A stretch of DNA of 47,699 bases from a virus. Its lineage: Duplodnaviria; Caudoviricetes. Positions 27,530-36,252 of this stretch are shown here, piece by piece; within the stretch, counting starts at the first letter, position 1, and every line of letters starts with the position of its first letter. The stretch lies in IMG/VR virus record IMGVR_UViG_3300042299_000439, positions 1-47,699 of that record. One strand, 5' to 3'. The position numbers were made by a program, and so were the translations under genes. The notes beneath the pieces were generated by a model that saw only the letters and a list, made by a program, of their open reading frames with translations, ran no database searches and was not told where the DNA came from.

Positions 27530-27695
27530 CGAAATTAACTCCAGCTAGTGAAGCTAGAGTTGAAATAATTAAAATAAGATCTTTGGGATCAAATTTATTA
27601 TTATAAAGTGTTGAGCACAACACTGTCATTGTAGTGGCCAATACTACGTATCTTAGTAAGGGCCACATAGGATGTTTGGGATCGTGAAAGTTCAT
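27507..27695 (-). CDS. Holin-like two-TM protein
   Basis: Start reassigned to MNFHDPKHP (ATGA overlap with the upstream gene); two hydrophobic helices and a charged C-tail. Confidence 0.55.
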   Translation of the reverse strand: MNFHDPKHPMWPLLRYVVLATTMTVLCSTLYNNKFDPKDLILIISTLASLAGVNFVEKKISE

Positions 27696-28003
27696 TTTTT
27701 TATTAATCGAATGATTTCCAAGATGATTGGAATTAGTGCTGCCCAAGGAATTGCTGTTGCAGTTACATCAGGGGTAGATTCACAAACTGCTTCAAATGCT
27801 GTAAGAGCAGATTCTAAAGAATCATATTCAATGTCTGATTGAAGGGATACTGTATCATCTGGAACAAACTTTTCCATCAAGCATCCAGCAAGCCACAATG
27901 CTTGCTTAACAAGACTAGGAGAAACTCCTAGACGGACTGCTTTAGCAAAATCAATTAAGCAAGAAAGAGAAAGTTCAGAACTAAAATTTGGTGCACAAGA
28001 CAT
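27692..28003 (-). CDS. Hypothetical protein with amphipathic C-terminus
   Basis: 103 aa ending IPWAALIPIILEIIRLIKK. Confidence 0.65.
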   Translation of the reverse strand: MSCAPNFSSELSLSCLIDFAKAVRLGVSPSLVKQALWLAGCLMEKFVPDDTVSLQSDIEYDSLESALTAFEAVCESTPDVTATAIPWAALIPIILEIIRLIKK

Positions 28004-28012
28004 AATAAACTT

Positions 28013-28195
28013 TCAATTGACGGAGACGGAGATATGTGTAAATAACCAAATCAACAAAGAAATTAGTTTCCACACACCAAAAACACTAAGAGTTAAAAGG
28101 ATCAACAAAATTGTTGTTGCTCCTTTGTAGGTATGTTTTATAAAAACATCAAAGATGTTTTTAAAAACATTTAGTCTGGAGCTTGCATTATTCAT
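28013..28195 (-). CDS. Small membrane protein
   Basis: TM segment ...LLILLTLSVFGVWKLISLLIWLF. May start later at a TTG after an AAGGAG that lies just beyond the 51-bp repeat. Confidence 0.5.
   Translation of the reverse strand: MNNASSRLNVFKNIFDVFIKHTYKGATTILLILLTLSVFGVWKLISLLIWLFTHISVSVN
28128..28178. repeat. 51-bp perfect direct repeat, copy A (internally palindromic)
   Basis: TAGGTATGTTTTATAAAAACATCAAAGATGTTTTTAAAAACATTTAGTCTG, identical to 29480-29530. Confidence 0.95.
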
Positions 28196-29126
28196 TAAAC
28201 CATTTAAGGTTGAGAGAGATTGCTTTGGTCATTTGTGGGGCATTTGGGATACCCCATCCTGTGAAATCATCTTTACCTGTGGAACCTTGGTCAAGACAAT
28301 TAATAGCTAAGAATTTTCGGACAGCCTCTATTCCAGTAAAAGCAGCTCGTCCTTGTCTTCGCATACGGGAAATAAGATATGCAAAGAACCCGGCTGCCCA
28401 AGGTGTTGCCATAGATGTCCCTGACATAGACACTAGGCTGTTACGGATAGAGCAAGAAATGATATCTTGACCCGGACATATGATATCAAGTTCCCGGCCT
28501 CCAGAGCTAAATGAGGCTCGCTGTCCACTTCTTTGATATGCACCAATACAAAGAGATTCAGGAAATTTAGAAGGGAATCCTATTGTGTTTCGACTACCAG
28601 TAAATCCACTATTACCAGCAGCACTAACAACAATACAGCCAGCTTCCCAGGCTTCTTGAATTGCTTTTTGCATAGGAGCATAAGGTGAGGGACTACCTAG
28701 AGACATACTGATAACATCGGCACCAGCATTTACAGCCCATCGAATACCATCTGTAATAGCTTGAGAAGATCCTGAACCACTATTGGATAAAACTTTACCT
28801 ACTAGTAAAGTTGCAGCAGGAGCTACACCAATATTTGGGAATCCAGAACGTCGTCTTCCAAGAACAGTTCCAGCACAGTGGGACCCGTGGCCATTCAAGT
28901 CACGCCAAGATTCGTTAGCAATAAAAGATTTTGCATCGAAAGGTTCAGGAAGTAATTCATGACTAGTCATACCTGTATCTAATACAGCTACTTTAGTTCC
29001 TAGTCCAGAATCTTCACCTACTAAATCAGAAAAAGATTTAGGGATACTCCAAATTTCGTCAGAAAGAATATTTACTTCGTGCCCAATCATATCATCGGGT
29101 GGAAGTGTTACAATCGGACCTATCAT
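28188..29126 (-). CDS. Subtilisin-like S8 serine protease
   Basis: Catalytic triad motifs VAVLDTG, NGHGSHCAG and SGTSMATP; oxyanion AAGNSG; no signal peptide or long propeptide. Confidence 0.95.
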   Translation of the reverse strand: MIGPIVTLPPDDMIGHEVNILSDEIWSIPKSFSDLVGEDSGLGTKVAVLDTGMTSHELLPEPFDAKSFIANESWRDLNGHGSHCAGTVLGRRRSGFPNIGVAPAATLLVGKVLSNSGSGSSQAITDGIRWAVNAGADVISMSLGSPSPYAPMQKAIQEAWEAGCIVVSAAGNSGFTGSRNTIGFPSKFPESLCIGAYQRSGQRASFSSGGRELDIICPGQDIISCSIRNSLVSMSGTSMATPWAAGFFAYLISRMRRQGRAAFTGIEAVRKFLAINCLDQGSTGKDDFTGWGIPNAPQMTKAISLNLKWFNE

Positions 29127-29156
29127 GGTATCCTCGAAGTATACTATATCGCTACG

Positions 29157-29190
29157 AAAAAGCCCTCAATACATTATATGCACGAGGGCT
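29157..29190 (-). terminator. Intrinsic terminator overlapping a promoter
   Basis: Minus strand AGCCCTC-GTGCATATAATGTATT-GAGGGCT followed by TTTT. Confidence 0.65.
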
Positions 29191-29201
29191 AAAAGAGTCA
29201 A
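29173..29201 (-). promoter_or_regulatory. Sigma70-type promoter driving the protease/structural region
   Basis: TTGACT-N17-TATAAT on the minus strand; the -10 lies about 45 nt upstream of the S8 start. Confidence 0.75.
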
Positions 29202-29261
29202 GTGTATTAGCGATTTAATATACGGTCAGGATACTACTTTTTAAAATATCATAGATACTTT

Positions 29262-29299
29262 AGTATTCTTAAAAAGCTCGTAGAGTTTTTAAGAACACT
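29262..29299 (+). repeat. Bulged-G hairpin repeat, copy 4
   Basis: AGTATTCTTAAAAAGCTC-GTA-GAGTTTTTAAGAACACT. Confidence 0.85.
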
Positions 29300-29302
29300 G
29301 TT

Positions 29303-29443
29303 TTAGAAAACATATCTTATTAAATCTATTATCTTCCATATAGCTAATGGAACAATAATAATAGATAAAATACATAAACCAATTATTATATTGGCTAGTG
29401 TATTAAAAACAATATCCAAAGATTTAAATTGATCGGAATCCAT
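29303..29443 (-). CDS. Small membrane protein (46 aa, not in ORF track)
   Basis: MDSDQFKSLDIVFNTLANIIIGLCILSIIIVPLAIWKIIDLIRYVF; GAAGGA SD; WKII motif like WKLI of 28013..28195. Confidence 0.7.
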   Translation of the reverse strand: MDSDQFKSLDIVFNTLANIIIGLCILSIIIVPLAIWKIIDLIRYVF

Positions 29444-29479
29444 TATTTTTTTCCTTCAAAGTGTTAGGCATGTAACATT

Positions 29480-29530
29480 TAGGTATGTTTTATAAAAACA
29501 TCAAAGATGTTTTTAAAAACATTTAGTCTG
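29480..29530. repeat. 51-bp perfect direct repeat, copy B
   Basis: Identical to 28128-28178. Confidence 0.95.
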
Positions 29531-29759
29531 CTTCATAACGAGCGTGTAGGTGTAATTCATCAAAGTAAAAAACAAATGATTCTTTTTTTAAAGAAAACAA
29601 TGTTCTATTGATTTGAATTTCTTTTGGAAATTTATCACTACTTGCTTTTTTATAAGAAATAGTATAATCAATAGATTCACCATTCACGTAAAAATGCATA
29701 GTGTGTTTTACTAAAAAACTTTCGGGATTTTCAGAAAACATTTCGGATAGTTTTACCAT
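29523..29759 (-). CDS. Hypothetical protein
   Basis: 78 aa ORF overlapping the terminase stop. Confidence 0.55.
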   Translation of the reverse strand: MVKLSEMFSENPESFLVKHTMHFYVNGESIDYTISYKKASSDKFPKEIQINRTLFSLKKESFVFYFDELHLHARYEAD

Positions 29760-31939
29760 TTGTTCACCTTATTTTGTTGTGAAGCCATATACTCTTTCAT
29801 GTCCATTGTTTTCTTATGAGCAATAGATTTCATATGACAACCTAATCTAAAAAATAGAGCTGTACAACCAACTGAATTATCTAGATATTCGTTGTCTTTA
29901 CCATATTGATCTGTCCATTCATCAACGTAACGATCTTCTTTTTCAAAATACATTTTAGTAACAAATTCGTTAGTTAAATGTTCTGAATATAAAAGATGGT
30001 CACTAGATAATTTAGGTGCATACAATCTATAGCTGCCGGGACTTCCTGGGACGGTAACGAATCCTTTATGAATAAATGATTTCATAAAGTTAGTATCAAT
30101 CTTTAGAAGTGGCATAGTATTATCGGATGTGATTGTACTATAACAATGAAAGTGTTTTTCTCTTTCATTACTAATAACTTCCATCATAGGTTTATCTTTT
30201 GCTTTGTAAGATACCCCTTGAGTTGCTATTAACAATGAACGATGTTGACTTTCTCTCATTGCTGATAGAACACTATCCATTTCCCAGTTAATGTCTACAC
30301 CTATAAGTCTGTGATAAAATTTAGCTCCTTCTTCTCTAGTGTATTGAGTACCAGCAATTATTGGTATTAAATCTTTAACTGCTTGATAAATCATAAGTCG
30401 TGTATCTTCTCGATTTATGTTTGGATAAAATCTAGCTAAAGTATTGTAGATGTTTTTCTTAGTCCACATAGATGTTTCTTGTGGAGGCCAAGTTCCATAA
30501 TCAATAATATTAGGTTCAATCATTAATCCAGAACTCATAGTAACGTAACTAAGAAAATCTTTATTACAGTCAATATGAGTTACTATAAACATATGATTTG
30601 ATGGGAAGCTATACCTGGGTAGGTGACTTATTCTACCTAAGATTTGATCTTGAGTTGCTTTAATAGCATCTTCAGATATACTATCTTCACCTAAAATACA
30701 TTGACATTCATACATGAAGGCTTCTTCACCTTCTTCAAAATAGATTGTCATAGCATGTTGGGTAGCAGATAATTCTATACTATCTTCTGATTCCCAATCA
30801 TAAGCCCATTCCCAAGAAGGTATTGCTCCTTCATGAAGTATTTCATAATTTTCTCTAACAAACTCTCTAGCACGTATTTGTGCTCTTTCTCTTTCTCCTT
30901 CTACTTCTTTATTAAAATTTAAAAGAATAGCACCATATTCTTCCCAAAGATTCATATTCTTTGGCATTTGAATCATCATAGAGTATTTAGCTACTTCCCA
31001 TGAGGGTTCTTTAAGAATAAAATGTGAAGCTACGTCACCACGACTATTAGGTGTAATTGTTAAAATACATCTAACTTTTTTAGTATGACTACCACTAAAC
31101 AAAGCTGATCGTTTGATAGTTCTAGCAATACGATTTGATACTGTAGGTGATAGAGCATCTTTGTCTGTTTGAATATCATCTAACAAAATAAAATCTGGTC
31201 TAACACCACGACCTGCTTCTTCACCAGCTTTAATTCTAGAAGAAAGACCTCGGATATTATCTTTGGTCTTAACTAGAATACGAGCACCACTAGCTATTTC
31301 TCCTGGGACGATGGGAAACACAATAGAGTCACGAGTCATATCTATCTTGGTTGGGTTACCATTGATATTTTGTGCTGGTGCTCTTTGTGGTTTACCTTCA
31401 ACTCCTTTGAAGCAAGCTATAACAGTAGGGTAGAGTCTAGCTAGTGCATTATTACTTGTAAGTTCTGTGATAATCTGTTCCATAATTTCAATAGACTTAT
31501 CAAGTGCTGATGAAACTATAAGACAGAATTTAATATCACCTTGAAGAATACCAAGTAATACTTGATTAACTGCACGACTAGTTTTAGCAAAACCACGAGG
31601 TTCTGCTTGAACTAACTTACCTCTACCTTGAACTATCTTTTGAAATCTACGAACAGCTTTCTGTTGTTCTTCCCCATAAGGTTTAACACCTGTACTCATT
31701 GGAAATAGCTTTTGGTGGGCAAGAACATAATCAGTACGATATAGTTCTCGTTCAGCTAACATTTCTTCTGAGATAGGGAACAAAGGTATTAAGCTGTGTT
31801 CGCCTACTTGTTTGTAGTTTCTAACTGTTCTTTCGTCAACTTGGTAATTTAGAAGACTAATATCTTTGATATACTTTGCTACATCGACTACTTCTCCTGT
31901 ATCTTCAAATTCACCAAAAGGATCTAGTTTAGCCATCAT
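29753..31939 (-). CDS. terL: Terminase large subunit
   Basis: Walker A PRGFAKTS, Walker B RPDFILLDDIQ, coupling ITP, AFMYECQC; RNase-H-like nuclease HID...GVD...NEYLD; AGGAG SD. Confidence 0.9.
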   Translation of the reverse strand: MMAKLDPFGEFEDTGEVVDVAKYIKDISLLNYQVDERTVRNYKQVGEHSLIPLFPISEEMLAERELYRTDYVLAHQKLFPMSTGVKPYGEEQQKAVRRFQKIVQGRGKLVQAEPRGFAKTSRAVNQVLLGILQGDIKFCLIVSSALDKSIEIMEQIITELTSNNALARLYPTVIACFKGVEGKPQRAPAQNINGNPTKIDMTRDSIVFPIVPGEIASGARILVKTKDNIRGLSSRIKAGEEAGRGVRPDFILLDDIQTDKDALSPTVSNRIARTIKRSALFSGSHTKKVRCILTITPNSRGDVASHFILKEPSWEVAKYSMMIQMPKNMNLWEEYGAILLNFNKEVEGERERAQIRAREFVRENYEILHEGAIPSWEWAYDWESEDSIELSATQHAMTIYFEEGEEAFMYECQCILGEDSISEDAIKATQDQILGRISHLPRYSFPSNHMFIVTHIDCNKDFLSYVTMSSGLMIEPNIIDYGTWPPQETSMWTKKNIYNTLARFYPNINREDTRLMIYQAVKDLIPIIAGTQYTREEGAKFYHRLIGVDINWEMDSVLSAMRESQHRSLLIATQGVSYKAKDKPMMEVISNEREKHFHCYSTITSDNTMPLLKIDTNFMKSFIHKGFVTVPGSPGSYRLYAPKLSSDHLLYSEHLTNEFVTKMYFEKEDRYVDEWTDQYGKDNEYLDNSVGCTALFFRLGCHMKSIAHKKTMDMKEYMASQQNKVNKW

Positions 31940-31944
31940 GACTC

Positions 31945-33963
31945 CTATTCATAAATTATGTGCTGAAGGTCGTTAGCATAAACTCTTTTGAGTCTCCATT
32001 TAGTTGTTGCTCTACCTACTGTGTTAGTTTGAACTTTGATTCCTTCGATAAGATCAAGAGCAACTAAGTCAGCTAGTTCTAGAGTACAACGCTCAAATGG
32101 CATCTTAGCTAATTCTACTAATTCATCACGACTACGATATTCTTCTCCACACATCCATTTTACAATTCTCATACGGTAAGAGGTCATATCCATAATATCT
32201 CTAGTTACTTTACAAACTAAATTGTGAACACGTTCATCTGGTTTCTTGAGGTTAAGAACTGTACTAGCACACATATAAAGTTTTGCTATTTGTCCAATAA
32301 GACGAGCAGAAACTTCTACAATAGGTCTAGAACTAATATCTTTACTACCAAACTTTTCTCGGTCAACTTTAGTTCTCATAGTTGATGCAAGCCTAGCCCA
32401 AGTTAGAATGTTATTTTGTGATCGAGCATCTAGTTGAGTCATAGGATCTCTAGCCATTAGATGTTCAATAAAACCTTTACCAGCAGCAATAATAGAACTA
32501 TCCGCAGGAGTTCCTGAGGGGTCGCCTGCCATAGTAATAGACTTAGCTAACATGATCTCTTCTATCTTTACACGATCTTGTTCTGATAACTCCAATTCGA
32601 AATCCAAGAATCGTTCACCTAAGAATGATTGATCGGATCTCCGAATAACATAAGTACCCATTAGGATCATGGTTGATCTAATGTTGTGGTAATCGTTGGC
32701 TACTTTGTTTTTGTAGAATGTAGAACTATCTTTATCATAGAAGTCTCGAAGTTCTGAAAAGATTTGTTCAATATTCTTTTGCTTTAACAAAGCATCAGCA
32801 TCTTTAACGATTAGAGTTTTACCTGCAATCAAAGGAACCAAAGATGCATCGCTATCACCTTCTTTATCTTTCCAACCAGAGAAGAGTCCAGTAAAAGTAG
32901 ATTTGAGAACTACTTGGGTACTACCAGACATAGCTTTGGCAATACTCGTTTTTCCTGAGGAGGGAGCACCAATTAATCTGATCCATATTTGTTCTCCTTC
33001 TACTTTGATCGAGTAAATTGAAGACAGTACAAGAAGCATTGCCATTTCCATGCATGGTGTTGTATAATATTTTTCTTTGTATCTATCAATGAGTTGCTCA
33101 AAGTTGACGATAGAAGTATCGGCAGCAATATGATCTACTGTTGTCTTAGTAACAACTAGATCTTCTGGTGCTTCATATTCTACAATTAGATCACGAAGTT
33201 TATTATAAGAACCTCTACCCCATTCTGCGTAGTGATCGCTAACATCATATCCGGCTTTCTTTTCTTCTGGCCATTTAACATAACTGATAGATTTAGGTTT
33301 GGATGGGTGATTAGCAATGTATTTAGTAATAACTCTGTCACGACCTGTACGACCAGCTTCGTCTTTGTCGTAAAAAAATACTATGTCTCTACCTGCAAAA
33401 ACATCACACCAATGAGGCTTCCATACCGATGCTCCTGGGACACCGATTGGAGTTATGTCTTGGTTACTTAGTATAGCATTGGCTGCTATTCTATCCCAAT
33501 GTCCTTCGAAGATCCATATAGTATCTTTAGGATCTTCTTCCCAATTCATAAGACTGTGTTCTATACGAGGAGAACACATAACTACAAATTTACCTTCACT
33601 ATTACGGACAGCTTTGTAAAGATTACTGAGAGATCCGTTTTTGAAAGTGGGTATTAAATAAGATCCGTTAAGTGGATTAAACTTAACACCAGCAGCAGAC
33701 ATTGCACTAAAAGGGAGTTGTCTAATAGCTGCAAGTTCTGTTGCTGCTCTTGTTGCTGTGTCAAGACTAGCATAAAATTTACGAAGAAATTCTATTGGGT
33801 TGCCTCTTTCACCACATACTTTACAATCCCACATTTCTGTTTCTGGGTGAAAGAAGAAATGTTTTTCTTTACCACACAGAGGACAGTCGGTGAGTAAATT
33901 ATTGCCAGCAGGAACTGCTGCACTATTACTATGAAATTCAAATAATGATTTTGGTCGATCCAT
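31945..33963 (-). CDS. Primase-helicase (Zn ribbon + TOPRIM + AAA+ ATPase + likely winged helix)
   Basis: CPLC...CKVC; TOPRIM EGHWD and DKDEAG; Walker A GAPSSGKT; LIVKD; Arg-finger-like GERFL. Confidence 0.85.
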   Translation of the reverse strand: MDRPKSLFEFHSNSAAVPAGNNLLTDCPLCGKEKHFFFHPETEMWDCKVCGERGNPIEFLRKFYASLDTATRAATELAAIRQLPFSAMSAAGVKFNPLNGSYLIPTFKNGSLSNLYKAVRNSEGKFVVMCSPRIEHSLMNWEEDPKDTIWIFEGHWDRIAANAILSNQDITPIGVPGASVWKPHWCDVFAGRDIVFFYDKDEAGRTGRDRVITKYIANHPSKPKSISYVKWPEEKKAGYDVSDHYAEWGRGSYNKLRDLIVEYEAPEDLVVTKTTVDHIAADTSIVNFEQLIDRYKEKYYTTPCMEMAMLLVLSSIYSIKVEGEQIWIRLIGAPSSGKTSIAKAMSGSTQVVLKSTFTGLFSGWKDKEGDSDASLVPLIAGKTLIVKDADALLKQKNIEQIFSELRDFYDKDSSTFYKNKVANDYHNIRSTMILMGTYVIRRSDQSFLGERFLDFELELSEQDRVKIEEIMLAKSITMAGDPSGTPADSSIIAAGKGFIEHLMARDPMTQLDARSQNNILTWARLASTMRTKVDREKFGSKDISSRPIVEVSARLIGQIAKLYMCASTVLNLKKPDERVHNLVCKVTRDIMDMTSYRMRIVKWMCGEEYRSRDELVELAKMPFERCTLELADLVALDLIEGIKVQTNTVGRATTKWRLKRVYANDLQHIIYE

Positions 33964-33988
33964 GAATATATTTTCTTGTCAGAGATTT

Positions 33989-35881
33989 TTATAAAATATT
34001 GTCAATCAGTGGTTTATCTTGTGGGTTGTAAAGTAGCTCATAAGTTGCACCACATGTACCAAGATATTTAAGACCTGCATCTTCTATGCAAGCAATCTTA
34101 GCGGCAATGATTTCTGGCAGTTGAGGTATGATAGAGACTTCAGTATCAAGACCGTCATGGACTTGACTATTCATATGGCAATCGTATCTGTTGTAAAGTG
34201 GATGACGATACCAAGCAAGCATAGCTTCACCCATAATCCAACCAGCACTACCTTGAACATAAAAGTTTGCAGCTTTGTATGGTTCATTTGGTGGTACTGA
34301 TAGACGATATCCACCCATTGTACTTACACCAAAGTGCTTATGTCTGCTAAAATTTTCTTCACACATCTTTGCTCTACTAAGTGTAAACTCTCTAATGCCA
34401 GGGAGTTCTTTATCGATAATAGCACAATAGTTTCTGTCTGTCTTTCCTCCATGATAAGTGTTATTTGTTTTTGAATCTGTTGCTCCGTAAATACGTGCAA
34501 AGTTACCCGCTTTGACATTTTTATAGCATTCTAATATAGAGATAACATCTTGAGTCCAGGATGATTTTGGAACACTAGAAGCTGCTGCATATAACGAATA
34601 TTCATCAGGGAAAATGAGACTCATGATAAATTGATGAACAGATTTACCTGATTCAAAAATATCAATGAGTTTGCGATTACCTACACTATATGCCCATATA
34701 CATAATTCTATGTTCACCATATCCGTACAGATCCACACTTTTCCTGGGGGTGGACCAAATAAGGATTTGATTAGTCTATTTACATTCTGGTCATTAGGTG
34801 ATGAAGATGATTGACGAGTTTCACGAGTACCTGTGATATTAAGATTTGAGTGAGTACGGCTGTCTCCAATAGTCCAATGAAGGTATGCAATACAATCATT
34901 AGCTTTCTTTTGAGCACGCTTGTATTTATCTAATTCTTCGAGAGCAGGGATGTTGTGTATATCTTGATAGTATTTAATTGTTTCTTTAGAAGTAGATGGT
35001 TTACCATTATCAGTTCTACGATCAATTGGAATGTCAAGACGATTATGAAGAAAGTCTACTAAGTGATCTGGCTTATTAGGGTCAAATCTATAAGTAATAC
35101 CACTAGCAGATTTCATAATCTGACGAGATTTTTCCATGATTCTTTGGTAATGATCGAGGGCTTTAGTAGCTTTATCTCTATCAAAGAACCTTCCTGTTGT
35201 TTGAATCTCATAAGATACTTCTAAAAGATCAGCACGGGTACGGTATTGATTCCAAAGACCAGCAGATATAATAGCAGGCTTAAAGATCTTCCATAAACAG
35301 ATAGTTCTATGAACGTCTTTAAGAGCATATATTCTACAAAGTTCAGGAGCTAACCAGTAATCTAGCTTAGACCAAGGAGTAGTTTTAGATGCACCAGGAA
35401 AGTGAGGATGACGAAATCTAGCAATATCTCTACCCTTAGGTGAGTTTCTTTCACGAACTACAGCAGCCTGTAAATCTTTTTCATCATCATCAGGGAATCC
35501 AAGATATTCAAATGCTAGATCTTTAAGACCAAGAGTACGACCTACTAGTTTATGTTCTGTTGTTTTCTTTGCAGAGTTAACACAGTGAGCAGCAACTAGA
35601 GTATCTTCTATCTTAGACCAAAAAGATGAAATAGATATACCAATAGACCACAAGGCTCTCATATCAAAAGTTGTATTATGAAATACGATACTACTTGCAT
35701 TATCCATAACCTGTTGAGCAGAAGCTAGCACATAATCATCCCAGTAAACTTCACGAGTTTTAGGATCAACTTCTCCTTCCCAACACCATTCATGAGTACC
35801 ATTACAAGCAGTAATCATAAATGGTTTACATCCATGAAAGAAATCTGGTCCTGTAGTTTCAGTATCAACTGCTAGAATCAT
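33989..35881 (-). CDS. polA: Family A DNA polymerase with 3'-5' exonuclease
   Basis: Start reassigned to MILAVDTETTG. ExoI DTET, ExoII HNTTFD, ExoIII YALKD; RQSSSSPNDQN; motif A DMVNIEL, motif B KAGNFARIYG, motif C VHDG. Confidence 0.92.
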   Translation of the reverse strand: MILAVDTETTGPDFFHGCKPFMITACNGTHEWCWEGEVDPKTREVYWDDYVLASAQQVMDNASSIVFHNTTFDMRALWSIGISISSFWSKIEDTLVAAHCVNSAKKTTEHKLVGRTLGLKDLAFEYLGFPDDDEKDLQAAVVRERNSPKGRDIARFRHPHFPGASKTTPWSKLDYWLAPELCRIYALKDVHRTICLWKIFKPAIISAGLWNQYRTRADLLEVSYEIQTTGRFFDRDKATKALDHYQRIMEKSRQIMKSASGITYRFDPNKPDHLVDFLHNRLDIPIDRRTDNGKPSTSKETIKYYQDIHNIPALEELDKYKRAQKKANDCIAYLHWTIGDSRTHSNLNITGTRETRQSSSSPNDQNVNRLIKSLFGPPPGKVWICTDMVNIELCIWAYSVGNRKLIDIFESGKSVHQFIMSLIFPDEYSLYAAASSVPKSSWTQDVISILECYKNVKAGNFARIYGATDSKTNNTYHGGKTDRNYCAIIDKELPGIREFTLSRAKMCEENFSRHKHFGVSTMGGYRLSVPPNEPYKAANFYVQGSAGWIMGEAMLAWYRHPLYNRYDCHMNSQVHDGLDTEVSIIPQLPEIIAAKIACIEDAGLKYLGTCGATYELLYNPQDKPLIDNIL

Positions 35882-36071
35882 TTGGTTTTGCTTTAAGATG
35901 AAAAGAACGATTTCTAAGTTCAATTAATTTATATCCGTAACTATGAGTTTCCCATAATTCTCTGACTAATTTAATGCAAGCATCAGCTTCTTTAAATTTA
36001 CGGCTATCAATTAAGTTAATAATATATTCTTTTTGTTTAATAAGAATAAAATCAAATTCTTCAGAAGTCAT
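35865..36071 (-). CDS. Hypothetical protein
   Basis: 68 aa ORF overlapping both neighbours. Confidence 0.55.
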   Translation of the reverse strand: MTSEEFDFILIKQKEYIINLIDSRKFKEADACIKLVRELWETHSYGYKLIELRNRSFHLKAKPNDSSS

Positions 36072-36252
36072 TGCTTATTCTTTCCCATTCTTCGTCTGTG
36101 ATTTCTCTAGTTTTAGGAGGCTCTGGTAAAAGTGTTTCTTTTAATAGATGTACCATGTATTCATTTAGAGAGAGCTTTTTAAAGGCTGCTGCTCTTGTTG
36201 CATGTTGGTGAAGTTCTGGTGATAATCTAATTGTTATTCGTTTTTCAGTCAT
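36061..36252 (-). CDS. Ribbon-helix-helix DNA-binding protein (Arc/HicB-C-like)
   Basis: Start reassigned to MTEKRITIRLSPELH...LSLNEYMVHLL; ATGA overlap with the upstream gene; AGGAG SD. Confidence 0.8.
   Translation of the reverse strand: MTEKRITIRLSPELHQHATRAAAFKKLSLNEYMVHLLKETLLPEPPKTREITDEEWERISNDF

Noticed and set aside
36061-36252. HicAB toxin-antitoxin pair
   Set aside because: Only an isolated RHH domain is present, with no HicA-like neighbour.
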